NCBI GenBank assembly: GCA_900546845.1
Contig: UREK01000007.1
Span: 2,815 to 66,814 of the forward strand
Origin: an uncultured Eubacteriales bacterium
Lineage (GTDB): Bacteria; Bacillota; Clostridia; Christensenellales; CAG-138
Direction of reading: 5' to 3'
DNA: 64,000 nucleotides
The notes beneath the pieces are model-generated. The model had not been told where the DNA came from. It was given only the letters and a program-made list of their open reading frames with translations, and did not search any database. This document shows positions 45,788-64,000 of this stretch, one piece after another. The stretch's first letter is position 1; the number at the start of each line of letters is the position of its first letter. Made by a program: the position numbers and the translations under genes.

Positions 45788-46173
45788 CCTTACAAAAAAC
45801 GGCATAGACCCCGCACGGAAACCCTTCCGCGCGGGGCTTTTTGTTGCGAATTTGTAAATTGTGGAAAACGCCAAAATGCGGGAATTGACGCATGCGGGGA
45901 TACATGATACGCTTTAAGCATCCTCTTCACGCACCTGCGGGCCGCGCGGCGCAAGGGAATCGCATATTCCCGGCAGGGCGGGAATAGGGTGGGAATACCT
46001 ATTGACAGAATACCGGCAGCAACGTACACGCTCAAAACAACAGAAAACACATTCGCAGAACGCTCAACGATCCCCTTATCTAGCGCGCCCTGGGCGTGCA
46101 GCCCTGAAAAAACCGGAACAAGCATGAACGGAAACGGCCTTTAATTCTTCAATCCAGATAGGAGGAAATAAGA

Positions 46174-46599
46174 ATGAGACTAAGACGTTATGTATTATTC
46201 TTCACCCTGCTGCTCACGCTTGCCACCGTGGGAAGTGCAGCACCGGCGGCGCATGCGTGGGCATGCAACCATGTGTGGAATGAAAGGGTAACGAACCGGT
46301 ACCTTCACGTGGATGCGTCAGAGCATGAACTCCGCAGAACGACGCGCAAAGCATGCCGGATATGCGGCTATTTTGAGCTGGATACCGAGCGCATCTTTCA
46401 AGAGCATAGGGAACAGCTTTACAATTTAGGCCATAACTATGCAGACCATACGCATAGCTACCGGGCAGGCTGCTCCCAGTGCGGATATACGGTGCGCCTG
46501 CAAACGATCCCATTCCCAGACCTGCCATGCCCCGAAGCAAGAAGCCCAAGATCCGCATACGAGCTGCAATGCTGCCCCAAAGCGGTGCAGCGGGATTAA
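46174..46599 (+). CDS. small secreted Cys/His-rich protein, paralog 1 (unknown function)
   Basis: 141 aa with an AGGAGG SD. Signal peptide ending AAHA. Shares these motifs with its paralog: ACNH, HE.R.TTR..C..CG, Y.LGHN, TH.Y...CS.C, PCPE, YELQ. Confidence 0.55.
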   Translation: MRLRRYVLFFTLLLTLATVGSAAPAAHAWACNHVWNERVTNRYLHVDASEHELRRTTRKACRICGYFELDTERIFQEHREQLYNLGHNYADHTHSYRAGCSQCGYTVRLQTIPFPDLPCPEARSPRSAYELQCCPKAVQRD

Positions 46600-46880
46600 A
46601 GCGAACCGGCTATGCGGCTGCACGCTATTTGATTCCCGCTTTGCGCGCCTGCAGGCCGTGCGGCGCAAGGGAATAATATATTCCCGGCAGGCGGGGAATG
46701 CCCATTGACAAAAGATTGGCAGCAACGTACACTGAAAATAACAGAAAACATTTTTGCAGAACAGATTCACGAATTCCTTACAACGTGTGCCTTGGGTGTG
46801 CAGCCTTGAAAATACCAGAACAAGCATGAACTGAAATGAGCCAAAACCGACTTACTTAAAAGAAAGATGAGGAAGAAACC

Positions 46881-47288
46881 ATGAAACTCAAACAGTGTAT
46901 CTCCATATTCCTCACCCTGCTGTTCACGCTTGTCACCGTGGCGGGCGTGGCGCCGGCAGCGCATGCGCGGGCATGCAACCACACGTATGAAGCATTGTCG
47001 AATATTAAGGAGTACCGAAATCCTACGGCAAGCGGGCATGAATGCCGTATTACTACGAGAGAACGCTGCACGAAGTGCGGACATCTTGTTGAGGACATTG
47101 GGGAATGGTATTCAGAAGGGCATAGCGAGCGAATCTATGACTTGGGGCACAACACAGCCCAAGGTACGCATACCTACGAAAGACGCTGCTCAAAGTGTTA
47201 TTTACAAATCCGTACCCAAACGTTCCCCTGCTCAGGCCCTCCGTGCCCTGAACCGCAAAGTCTAAGGCCGATCTATGAGCTGCAATGA
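46881..47288 (+). CDS. small secreted Cys/His-rich protein, paralog 2 (unknown function)
   Basis: 135 aa. Signal peptide ending AAHA. Same conserved Cys/His pattern as 46174..46599. Confidence 0.55.
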   Translation: MKLKQCISIFLTLLFTLVTVAGVAPAAHARACNHTYEALSNIKEYRNPTASGHECRITTRERCTKCGHLVEDIGEWYSEGHSERIYDLGHNTAQGTHTYERRCSKCYLQIRTQTFPCSGPPCPEPQSLRPIYELQ

Positions 47289-47389
47289 CCCCTTGAAGGA
47301 CAGCGGAACTAAAGTGAACTGACGCCGGGGCTGCACACCCAGCACATCAAAATTGATTTCCCCAAACGGCTTTGAAAGGAAGGTAGCCT

Positions 47390-49180
47390 ATGTTCACGAG
47401 AACCGAACTGCGGATGCTCTGCCGCGCGCCATGGCGCACGGGGCTGTTCGCACTGCTGCTTGCGGCGGCAGTGGCGGCGGCATGCCTTGGGGGCGGACTG
47501 CTTGCAGCCTCCGGCGAAGGGATGACCGGGCTTTCGGAACGGTATACGACTATCGCGCTGCACACGAGCACGCGGGAGGCGGAGATCAAAGAACTGAACG
47601 AGCTAGCGGACGCGACGGAGCATGGGATGGTGGACCGTCGTGTTTTATATGGCGGCTACTGGCCGGGCGTGCATACGGCGACCTCGTTAAAGGAAACTTG
47701 GGAGCTGGAAGTGAACAGCTCGTTTAAATCTTACGAAGAGATCATTGAGAAAAATCTGCTGCTGGTTCCGGGAAACATGTCCGAATTCGATGAAGAGTAT
47801 TCCCGGATCGCTGTCATCGCCACTTGCCTGGAAAAGATCCCGGACGAGTTCGACCCTGATTGGGCTCTGTCGGGTACTTTGGAACATGGAAAATGGAACT
47901 TCCGGATCGACGAGGTGCTCTTTGCGCATGAAAGCTACACGGTTCCGGAAACGATGCTGCATCACTATTATAATTACGGGAACGGCGACAGCAATGCGCA
48001 CCTTTACGAAGTGGGCAGGCAGTACCTGATCGTCGGGGACATTGGGTACAGTAATTTTCCGGAGGAAGCGCCGTGGTTTGGCACAGAAGGATGGGGACGC
48101 AGAGATTCGGAGACGAAGGAATATGATTTCGAGTTCTACTGCGCTGAAATGAGCGGAACGCTGGAGGAAACGTTGGCCCGGCCGGAAAATGAAAGAATGG
48201 CAGTTTCCCTGCGCGACTGCGAGATCAGCCTCAACAGCATAACCGTGATCTCAACCCTGCGGCTCAACAGCATACCGCAGTTTAACCGGGGAGACCTTTA
48301 TATCACCGAGGGGCGGGATTTCACCGCGCGGGAATATGAGCAGGTTGCACCCGTCTGCATCATGAGCGAAAAACTCGCGCAGCTCAACGGCGTCTCCGTT
48401 GGCGATACGGTTCCATTGTCGCTGTTTGAAGCGAAAATATCCCCATGGGAAAATGAATGGTCGCGCGATAAGTTTGATAGCCGACGATTTGATGATGTGC
48501 TTTCGGAAGAACGGGAATATAAGGTGGTTGGCCTGTTCCAAACGCCGGAATGGCAGTTCCACGGAAGGAAGCTGACGTTTTCCCCGAATACGGTGTTCAT
48601 CCCGGGAGACCCTGGGACGGAACTTTACAGGATCACGTTGCATCCGGGGCTGTATACGATCCTCATCGAAAACGGGCATGCGGAGGACTTCCTTGCGGAA
48701 ATGGAAGCGCAGAAGCCCGGGAGCAGCGAAAAGTTTGTGGTGTACGACCAGGGGTATTCCGAGGTGCTGCCGACGATGGAGGCGTTCGCGGAGAACGCGC
48801 GGCTGGTCGCGGCAGGGTGCGCGGCGGTGTTCGCGCTTGCGGCAGGGGTGTTCCTGGCGCTTGCGGCGGCAAGGAACCGGCATGACCTTGGCGTAATGCG
48901 CTCGCTTGGGGTGCAGAAGCGGGCGGCATGCGGGGCGTTTGTGCTGCGGTGCGCGGCTCCTGCGCTGCTGGGGAGCGTGCTGGGGTGCTGCGCAGGGCAG
49001 CTGCTGTTTGCGCGGGCGGTAAGCCTGCTGGGCGCGGAAGGGCTGGCCGTGCGGCCGGTTGGCGTACAGTGGGCCGTTGCGGGCGGCTGTGCGGCGCTGG
49101 TGCTGCTTGCAGCCGTGGCTACAGGCGCTGCGCTGATGAAAAAGAAACCGCAGGAGCTGATGCGGGAAGGAAGAGGGTAG
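47390..49180 (+). CDS. FtsX/MacB-type ABC transporter permease with large extracytoplasmic domain
   Basis: 596 aa. N-terminal TM, ~450-aa periplasmic-type domain, and a C-terminal three-TM FtsX-like bundle (RNRHDLGVMRSLGVQKR...). Confidence 0.75.
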   Translation: MFTRTELRMLCRAPWRTGLFALLLAAAVAAACLGGGLLAASGEGMTGLSERYTTIALHTSTREAEIKELNELADATEHGMVDRRVLYGGYWPGVHTATSLKETWELEVNSSFKSYEEIIEKNLLLVPGNMSEFDEEYSRIAVIATCLEKIPDEFDPDWALSGTLEHGKWNFRIDEVLFAHESYTVPETMLHHYYNYGNGDSNAHLYEVGRQYLIVGDIGYSNFPEEAPWFGTEGWGRRDSETKEYDFEFYCAEMSGTLEETLARPENERMAVSLRDCEISLNSITVISTLRLNSIPQFNRGDLYITEGRDFTAREYEQVAPVCIMSEKLAQLNGVSVGDTVPLSLFEAKISPWENEWSRDKFDSRRFDDVLSEEREYKVVGLFQTPEWQFHGRKLTFSPNTVFIPGDPGTELYRITLHPGLYTILIENGHAEDFLAEMEAQKPGSSEKFVVYDQGYSEVLPTMEAFAENARLVAAGCAAVFALAAGVFLALAAARNRHDLGVMRSLGVQKRAACGAFVLRCAAPALLGSVLGCCAGQLLFARAVSLLGAEGLAVRPVGVQWAVAGGCAALVLLAAVATGAALMKKKPQELMREGRG

Positions 49181-49182
49181 GG

Positions 49183-50385
49183 ATGAGGATGACATTTCGT
49201 TATGTTTGGAAGAGAATGGTGCGCATGCCGTGGGCGAGCCTTGCGACCGCAGCGCTTGCGGCGGCGTTATGCGTGCTGCTTTCGCTGCTCGCGGCCACGA
49301 AGGCAAAGCAGGAGGACGAGCTGGAACGAACCTATGATGCAATGGAAATCCGCTGCATCGTTACGAGCGCGGACGGTGTGCGTTCAGACGGGCTGCTCCT
49401 TTCCGGGGCAATGGACCGGCTCACCTACGACGCATACGGCCTCACGCAATATATCCGGGACTTGAACAAAAAAGTCACCCTCACCGTAAAGCTGAACGAC
49501 CTGGATATAGAATACCCGCCCTCGCTGACTGGCATCACGAGCCAAGCCTCCGCGCCGGAACTGGGAAAAGAATACGGCGTGGATGTCGTGTTCATGGATG
49601 GCTACGGCTGGGAGTCCATGACGCGCGAGGAGCCGCTTTTGATCGTAAGCGAGACCGTGATGCAGAAATCCAACCTGACGTTCGGGGACGCGTACCCGCT
49701 CGCTATCCAGCATGCGCAGTATTATCCGGATTGGGTTGCGCTCTCCAAAGAACCACGTCCGTTCCGCGTGATCGGCTGCGTAATGGGGATGGAGGCGGAG
49801 GCAGTCTTTTGCCCATATGCGTACATCAGCCTTCTGGCCCGGGAAGAAGGGCGCGTCATGTATTCGGAAAGCGCGAGCTTTATCCTGCGGGATAACCGCA
49901 AGCTGGAGGAATTCCGTGCTGCGGCTTCGGAGCACTTCCCGCCGCCTGACGCGACTGCGGGCGGCAGCGCCTATGGGCCGTTCGCGCTTGTGATCCAGGA
50001 TCAGCTCTTTCAGGAAACCGTTGCAGACCTTTCACGGGATATTCGCCTCTGCGGCGCTTTGATGCCGGCCGTATGCGCGCTGTGCCTGGGCGTTGGCCTC
50101 TGCACGGGGCTGATCGGCGTGCGCGCACGCCGGCGGGAGCTCGTTTTGATGCGCTGCGCGGGCACGCCGCGCCGCAGCGCATTTGCACTGATGTTCTTGG
50201 AACAGGCACTCCTTGGCGCCTGCGGTGCTCTGCTCGGCGCTTTTGGCATTGCAGCGGCTGGTTTGGCCCGCGTGGCCTTCGCTGCGGCGGGGGTCTGCGC
50301 TGCATGCTTTTCCGCAGGCGCTGCGGTTGCGGCATGGCGTTTCGTCTCCCAAAGGGTGATGGCGCTTATGCAGGAAAAGGGGTGA
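49183..50385 (+). CDS. FtsX/MacB-type ABC transporter permease (second)
   Basis: About 400 aa from ATG 49183. MTFRYVWKRMVRMPWASL start typical of the family. C-terminal RRRELVLMRCAGTPRR + three TM segments. Confidence 0.7.
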   Translation: MRMTFRYVWKRMVRMPWASLATAALAAALCVLLSLLAATKAKQEDELERTYDAMEIRCIVTSADGVRSDGLLLSGAMDRLTYDAYGLTQYIRDLNKKVTLTVKLNDLDIEYPPSLTGITSQASAPELGKEYGVDVVFMDGYGWESMTREEPLLIVSETVMQKSNLTFGDAYPLAIQHAQYYPDWVALSKEPRPFRVIGCVMGMEAEAVFCPYAYISLLAREEGRVMYSESASFILRDNRKLEEFRAAASEHFPPPDATAGGSAYGPFALVIQDQLFQETVADLSRDIRLCGALMPAVCALCLGVGLCTGLIGVRARRRELVLMRCAGTPRRSAFALMFLEQALLGACGALLGAFGIAAAGLARVAFAAAGVCAACFSAGAAVAAWRFVSQRVMALMQEKG

Positions 50386-50458
50386 AGGGGACGGAGGCGG
50401 CTCAAACTGCCGCCAACCGCTGCATGCAAAAAAACACCGCAAACTTGAAACGTTGCCG

Positions 50459-50487
50459 TTGACAAGCTTGACGGGCGATGATACAAT
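50459..50487 (+). promoter_or_regulatory. sigma-70 promoter (extended -10) upstream of rpoB
   Basis: TTGACA (50459-50464), 17 nt spacer, TGATACAAT (-10 TACAAT 50482-50487). The leader to rpoB is about 170 nt. Confidence 0.6.
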
Positions 50488-50661
50488 AGTAAACTGCGTT
50501 AGCATGATAATTTGCGGAGATTATCGGCTTTTTTGAGTTGTACCCGCAAGTTGATTCCAATTTTTGGGTATTGTATGCGCCCGAAAGGGGAAAACTGCAC
50601 GTTGGGATGACGCGCCCAACAATCAAGCCGCGCAAGCGGTGCTAGTATAGGAGTGAACGCG

Positions 50662-54387
<3,726 letters not shown>

Positions 54388-54416
54388 CCAACCGGGACGG
54401 AAGGGAGAGAAACGAA

Positions 54417-57953
<3,537 letters not shown>

Positions 57954-58077
57954 TGATTCATTGAAGCATACGCGGGCGAGCGCGGGTCGCTCCCGCTGGG
58001 CGAACGCTGGAATTCCGGCGCTGCGGCGGGTTAAAGGTTCCGCGTTCGCCCGCATGATTGCATGACAGGAGGCAACG

Positions 58078-58851
58078 ATGCCAAGGGTATACCTCAACAA
58101 GCAATGCCCGCTGCATGGCAGCGATTACTGCGCGCGGCTGAACATGGAAAACTGTGATACCTGCACGGTGCGCGGCCGAACCGAAGCGGAAATGCAGCTT
58201 TTGAAGCTCGACCTGGACGCGATCGCGGCGCTGATGCCGGAGGAGGGGATCTCTGAGCTTTTCCTGACGGACGAATGCGTGCTCTGCAAGGGCAAGGAAA
58301 AGGGAAAACGCGCCTGGTATGCACAGACGGACATCGGCAACGCCGAGCCGCGGCGCAAACGTGTGGGCTTCCTCGGCATCAAGCGGGAAGCGCGCGCGGG
58401 CTCGATCCTGCCGCTTCAGCTCGCCTGCTGCAACGCATGCCGCAAACGGTATCTGACGCTGCAGTATGTTTTCCCCCTCACGGCGGCCATCTGCATGGCG
58501 AGCGGCTTTATGCTCATGAGCGTCCGCGCGATCCGCGAGCCGTTGATGGCAGTCATGCCGGCGCTGCCGGCGATCGTTTTCCTTGCGTTTACACTTGGCG
58601 GCGTGCTCGGCGGGCTGTTTTGGCGCAAGGCGCTGCACAAACGCTATGGCGAAAAGACGCACCTTTCCATTTTTAACATCGGTGCGATGCAGCTTATGCG
58701 GCGGCTTGGCTGGTTTGAGCTTTACGAGGAGAAGGATCTTTCCCGCCTGGTGTTCTCCAAAAGACGGTTCCGCCAGGGACTCTATACGGGCGCGCCGGAA
58801 CGCGCCGGGGCGGACAAGCCTGCCGAGGCGGCGGAATTCGCAGAAGAATAG
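58078..58851 (+). CDS. hypothetical membrane protein with Cys-rich N-terminal region
   Basis: 257 aa with an AGGAGG SD. Has C..H..C...C..C and C..C...CC..C clusters followed by two TM helices. No family recognised. Confidence 0.55.
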   Translation: MPRVYLNKQCPLHGSDYCARLNMENCDTCTVRGRTEAEMQLLKLDLDAIAALMPEEGISELFLTDECVLCKGKEKGKRAWYAQTDIGNAEPRRKRVGFLGIKREARAGSILPLQLACCNACRKRYLTLQYVFPLTAAICMASGFMLMSVRAIREPLMAVMPALPAIVFLAFTLGGVLGGLFWRKALHKRYGEKTHLSIFNIGAMQLMRRLGWFELYEEKDLSRLVFSKRRFRQGLYTGAPERAGADKPAEAAEFAEE

Positions 58852-58872
58852 GGCAAAATTGCCCAATTTTGT

Positions 58873-58901
58873 TTGACAAGGCGCGCTTTGAATGGTAAAA
58901 T
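58873..58901 (+). promoter_or_regulatory. sigma-70 promoter (extended -10) for the rpsL-rpsG-fusA-tuf operon
   Basis: TTGACA (58873-58878), 17 nt spacer, TGGTAAAAT (-10 TAAAAT 58896-58901). Confidence 0.6.
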
Positions 58902-59042
58902 ACATCCGTTGCGCCAAAGTACGCAGCTTTCGTTGCGTGCGCGCAAATTACGCTGTGGAAAATGTCCCTTTCAAGGGGTTGCAAGGGATTTTCTTCATAT
59001 AAACCAAGAATTATTTTACCGTATTTTTACAGGAGGAAAATC

Positions 59043-59901
<859 letters not shown>

Positions 59902-60053
59902 GCCCTGCACGAAGGAACCACGTCAAATCCGGCGTTTGCCGCCGGATTTGATTTTTGCCTGTTCGGGAGCGCGGCAGGCGCCGCGCGCGTATGCCCGGAT
60001 GGAAAACAGATACAATAAAAAGGAATTGAACCCACGGGAAAGGAGGAGAAAAC

Positions 60054-62126
60054 GTGGCACGAGATACATCGCTTGAGATGACGAGAAACATCGGCATCAT
60101 GGCACATATAGACGCGGGAAAGACGACGACGACCGAGCGCATCCTGTTTTATACTGGCAAGATCCACAAGCTGGGGGAGGTGCACGAAGGCGCCGCTACC
60201 ATGGACTTTATGGTCCAGGAGCAGGAACGCGGCATCACCATCGCTTCCGCGGCGACGACGGCTTACTGGAAAGGCCACCGGATCAACATTATCGACACGC
60301 CCGGTCACGTGGACTTTACCGTGGAGGTGGAACGCTCCCTCCGCGTGCTGGATGGCGCAGTCGCCGTTTTCTGCGCGAAGGGCGGCGTTGAGCCGCAGTC
60401 CGAAACGGTATGGCGGCAGGCCAGCAAATACGGCGTGCCCCGCCTTGCGTATGTCAACAAGATGGACATTACGGGTGCGGATTTTTACAACGTCGTAAAA
60501 ATGATGCATGATCGCCTGAGCGCCAACGCGGTACCGATCCAGCTTCCAATCGGCTCGGAGGCGGACTTCGTCGGCCTGATCGACCTCATTACGATGAAGG
60601 CCGAGGTGTATTACGACAACGAGGGGAAGGACATCCGCGAGGAGGAGATCCCCGAGAATATGCGCGACTTGGCGGAGGAATACCGCCAGAAGCTCATTGA
60701 GGCCGCCGCCGACGAGGACGAGGCCATCATGGAAAAATACCTGGAGGGTGAAGAACCCAGCGAAGATGAGCTCAAGAAGGCCATCCGCAAGGGAACCATC
60801 GGCAACACCATGGTGCCTGTATGCTGCGGCACGTCCTACCGCAATAAGGGCGTGCAGCCGCTGCTGAACGCCATCGTGGATTACATGCCCTCCCCGCTCG
60901 ATATTCCCCCGGCGCAGGGCACCTCTCTCGACGGGGAGGAGACCGTCATCACCGAGTGCTCGGATGACGCGCCCTTTGCCGCGCTTGCGTTCAAGATCGT
61001 GGCGGATCCCTATGTGGGCAAGCTCGCGTTCTTCCGTGTATACAGCGGCACGATCAAATCCGGCACGTATATTTACAACGCTTCCAAGAACAAGCGTGAG
61101 CGCATCGGCCGCATTCTTTTGATGCATGCCGCGAGCCGCACTGAGATCGAAGAAGCGCATGCGGGCGACATCGCTGCACTCGTCGGCCTTAAGGAGACCG
61201 GCACCGGCGACACGCTTTGCGACGAAAAGCAGCCGCTCTTGCTTGAGACGATGGAGTTCCCGGACCCCGTCATCCAGGTTGCGATCGAGCCCAAAACCAA
61301 GGCCGGCCAGGACAAAATGACCATGGCGCTTTTGAAGCTCGCGGACGAGGACCCGACCTTTAAGACCTTCACGGATCAGGAAACGGGCCAGACCATAATC
61401 TCCGGCATGGGCGAGCTGCACCTGGAGATCATTGTAGACCGTTTGATCCGCGAATTCCGCGTGGAATGCAAGGTCGGCAAGCCGCAGGTCGCTTACCGCG
61501 AGACGATCACAAAGACCGTTAAGTCGGAAGGGCGCTACGTCCGGCAGACGGGCGGCCATGGCCAGTACGGCCACTGCATTGTGGAGTTCTCGCCCCTCGA
61601 GCCCGGCAGCGGCTTTGAGTTTGAGGACAAGACGGTCGGCGGCGTGGTTCCGAAGGAATTCATCCCCGCTATCAAGACCGGCATCGAGGAAGCTTCCCGC
61701 AGCGGCGTGCTTGGCGGCTACGAGGTCGTGGATTTCAAGGCGACGCTTCTCGACGGCAGCTACCACGATGTGGACTCCTCCGAAATGGCTTATAAGATTG
61801 CGGGCTCCCTCGCGCTCAAGGACGCGCTCGAAAAGGCGCACTGTGTGCTGCTTGAGCCTGTAATGAAGGTCGAAGTGCTCATGCCCGAAGAATACATGGG
61901 CGACGTAATCGGCAACCTGACGGCGCGGCGCTGCCGCATCGAAGGCACTGAGGTGCGTGGCAACGCGCAGGTTGTGAACGCGATCTGCCCGCTGTCCGAA
62001 ATGTTTGGCTATTCGACCGACCTGCGCTCCCGCACGCAGGGGCGCGGCACGTTCACCATGCAGTTTGACCACTATGAACAGGTGTCTGACGGCGTGGCGA
62101 AGAAGATCCTCGGCTTGCGCGTGTAA
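60054..62126 (+). CDS. fusA: elongation factor G
   Basis: [33 protein letters not shown]. 690 aa with a GTG start after AAAGGAGGAG. Confidence 0.97.
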   Translation: MARDTSLEMTRNIGIMAHIDAGKTTTTERILFYTGKIHKLGEVHEGAATMDFMVQEQERGITIASAATTAYWKGHRINIIDTPGHVDFTVEVERSLRVLDGAVAVFCAKGGVEPQSETVWRQASKYGVPRLAYVNKMDITGADFYNVVKMMHDRLSANAVPIQLPIGSEADFVGLIDLITMKAEVYYDNEGKDIREEEIPENMRDLAEEYRQKLIEAAADEDEAIMEKYLEGEEPSEDELKKAIRKGTIGNTMVPVCCGTSYRNKGVQPLLNAIVDYMPSPLDIPPAQGTSLDGEETVITECSDDAPFAALAFKIVADPYVGKLAFFRVYSGTIKSGTYIYNASKNKRERIGRILLMHAASRTEIEEAHAGDIAALVGLKETGTGDTLCDEKQPLLLETMEFPDPVIQVAIEPKTKAGQDKMTMALLKLADEDPTFKTFTDQETGQTIISGMGELHLEIIVDRLIREFRVECKVGKPQVAYRETITKTVKSEGRYVRQTGGHGQYGHCIVEFSPLEPGSGFEFEDKTVGGVVPKEFIPAIKTGIEEASRSGVLGGYEVVDFKATLLDGSYHDVDSSEMAYKIAGSLALKDALEKAHCVLLEPVMKVEVLMPEEYMGDVIGNLTARRCRIEGTEVRGNAQVVNAICPLSEMFGYSTDLRSRTQGRGTFTMQFDHYEQVSDGVAKKILGLRV

Positions 62127-62181
62127 ACAGAGCGCGGCTTAACATGAAATAAACACTGAATTTGAGGTAAGGAGAGCTACA

Positions 62182-63393
<1,212 letters not shown>

Positions 63394-63409
63394 CAAAAAG
63401 CATACAGCA

Positions 63410-63440
63410 AAGGCTTCGGAGGAATTCCGGAGCCTTTTTG
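63410..63440 (+). terminator. intrinsic terminator after tuf
   Basis: 11-bp stem AAGGCTTCGGA / TCCGGAGCCTT (one G-U pair), 5-nt loop, then TTTTT. Confidence 0.75.
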
Positions 63441-64000
63441 CGTAGGAGGAGGGGAGTTCCCTGGCATGTTTAGCGGAACGGCTTTCTGGATAAGGCAATC
63501 CTCCGTCAGCGCTTACGCGCTGTCACCTCCTTTCAAAAAGGAGGCTTTTGGGCGTGGTGAACTCTGGTGGTTTTTCGTACTCGGGCGGCGCACGGGAGCG
63601 CATCGACCAAACGGCTCCTTTGGCAAAGGGGCGGAGCCGAGGCGCACCCCGCCCGCCCGACTCGCGGTCGCTTCGCTCTGTACCGCTCGCTGGACTAGGC
63701 CTCTGAGCCGTCGCAGGCGGGGGCTCACGGCGCGTCTCCCGCGCCGGAAGTTCCTTGCTTGGGCGATGCAGCGAGGCGGAAGCTCAGTGAGCAAGGGAGC
63801 GCCAAGAAGCCGCTCCTGCGGCGACACAGCGCGACCATTGCGAACTTTGGGGCCTGGCAGCGCGCAGCGCTGGCTGAGGATTGTTCCTGCCGCAGCGGCT
63901 AACCCGTTCGGCAGCGCGTTCCTGTGGCGGCCCCTTCACTGCCTATGGGAAGCGCACATCCCAAAAGGCTCCCTCTCGGAGGAAGCTGCCGCCCCTGCGG

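Larger units (their letters stand above)
45931..47288 (+). repeat. tandem duplication (~700-bp unit): operator + promoter + 5'UTR + small Cys/His-rich secreted protein gene
   Basis: 45931-46173 aligns with 46644-46880. Conserved blocks: GCGGCGCAAGGGAAT..ATATTCCCGGCAGG, ATTGACA, GGCAGCAACGTACAC, AACAGAAAACA, GTGCAGCC.TGAAAA and AACAAGCATGAAC. The two downstream ORFs are paralogous. Confidence 0.75.

Noticed and set aside
45790-46125. 111-aa - strand ORF, and 46426..46827 (133 aa), both starting MLV.VFS.LH.QG.
   Set aside because: The similarity reflects the DNA-level tandem duplication of the promoter/5'UTR region. They run antisense through the promoter and palindrome, lack an SD, and diverge into unrelated sequence after ~15 residues.
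50495-50535. Possible attenuator hairpin in the rpoB leader (GATAAT-TTGCGGAG-ATTATC followed by GGCTTTTTT).
   Set aside because: The stem is only 6 bp and all A/T, and 3 nt separate it from the T-run. It is too weak to call a terminator or attenuator from sequence alone.
63513-63827. 104-aa - strand ORF downstream of tuf.
   Set aside because: It has Arg/Ala/Pro-rich composition, no SD and no recognisable domain, and lies in a hairpin-rich GC-rich stretch. Left unannotated; see the low-interest finding for this region.

Overview
GC-rich Firmicutes/Clostridia-like chromosomal window; the taxon is inferred from gene content, Gram-positive sortase substrates, T-box regulation and SD-type RBSs. 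About 55 protein genes and one tRNA are supported. No rRNA or CRISPR array was seen.

Layout:
- 1-3.3 kb: housekeeping genes (THUMP RNA methyltransferase, radical SAM protein) and tRNA-Ala(GGC).
- 3.3-10.4 kb: a visibly lower-GC accessory segment abutting the tRNA. It holds a tyrosine-integrase remnant, a duplicated tRNA 3' end, an FCT-2-like sortase-B pilus operon, a small serine recombinase and a second sortase B.
- 11.1-18.5 kb: a T-box-controlled arylacetate/arylpyruvate operon (acyl-CoA synthetase, iorAB, paaK, ACT, aminotransferase).
- 18.8-31.7 kb: class 3 FBPase, endonuclease IV, a cell-envelope block (MBOAT + AlgJ-like, exported VanX-like M15 peptidase, L,D-transpeptidase), a CobW GTPase pair and an ECF sigma/anti-sigma pair.
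- 32-45.8 kb: MerR, an EndoQ-UvrD fusion, TauE, a vWA-like protein, MATE, rarA, tldD/pmbA, CarD-like and PIN/TRAM proteins.
- 45.9-50.4 kb: a tandemly duplicated module encoding small Cys/His-rich secreted proteins, followed by two FtsX-type permeases with no ATPase gene.
- 50.6-63.4 kb: rpoB-rpoC, then rpsL-rpsG-fusA-tuf.

Most interesting signals:
1. A candidate serine-invertase promoter switch (three 12-2-12 sites, an internal consensus promoter and an orientation-dependent terminator) sits between the recombinase and the pilus operon. It is assembled in the apparent OFF orientation.
2. A ~200-bp structured TIR element is present three times. Each copy sits inside an intrinsic terminator and is flanked by a duplication of the whole terminator hairpin.
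3. A probable Tyr-specifier T-box gates an indolepyruvate:ferredoxin oxidoreductase operon.
4. The duplicated operator/promoter/Cys-rich secreted protein module.

All calls rest on reading the sequence and ORF translations; no database search was possible.
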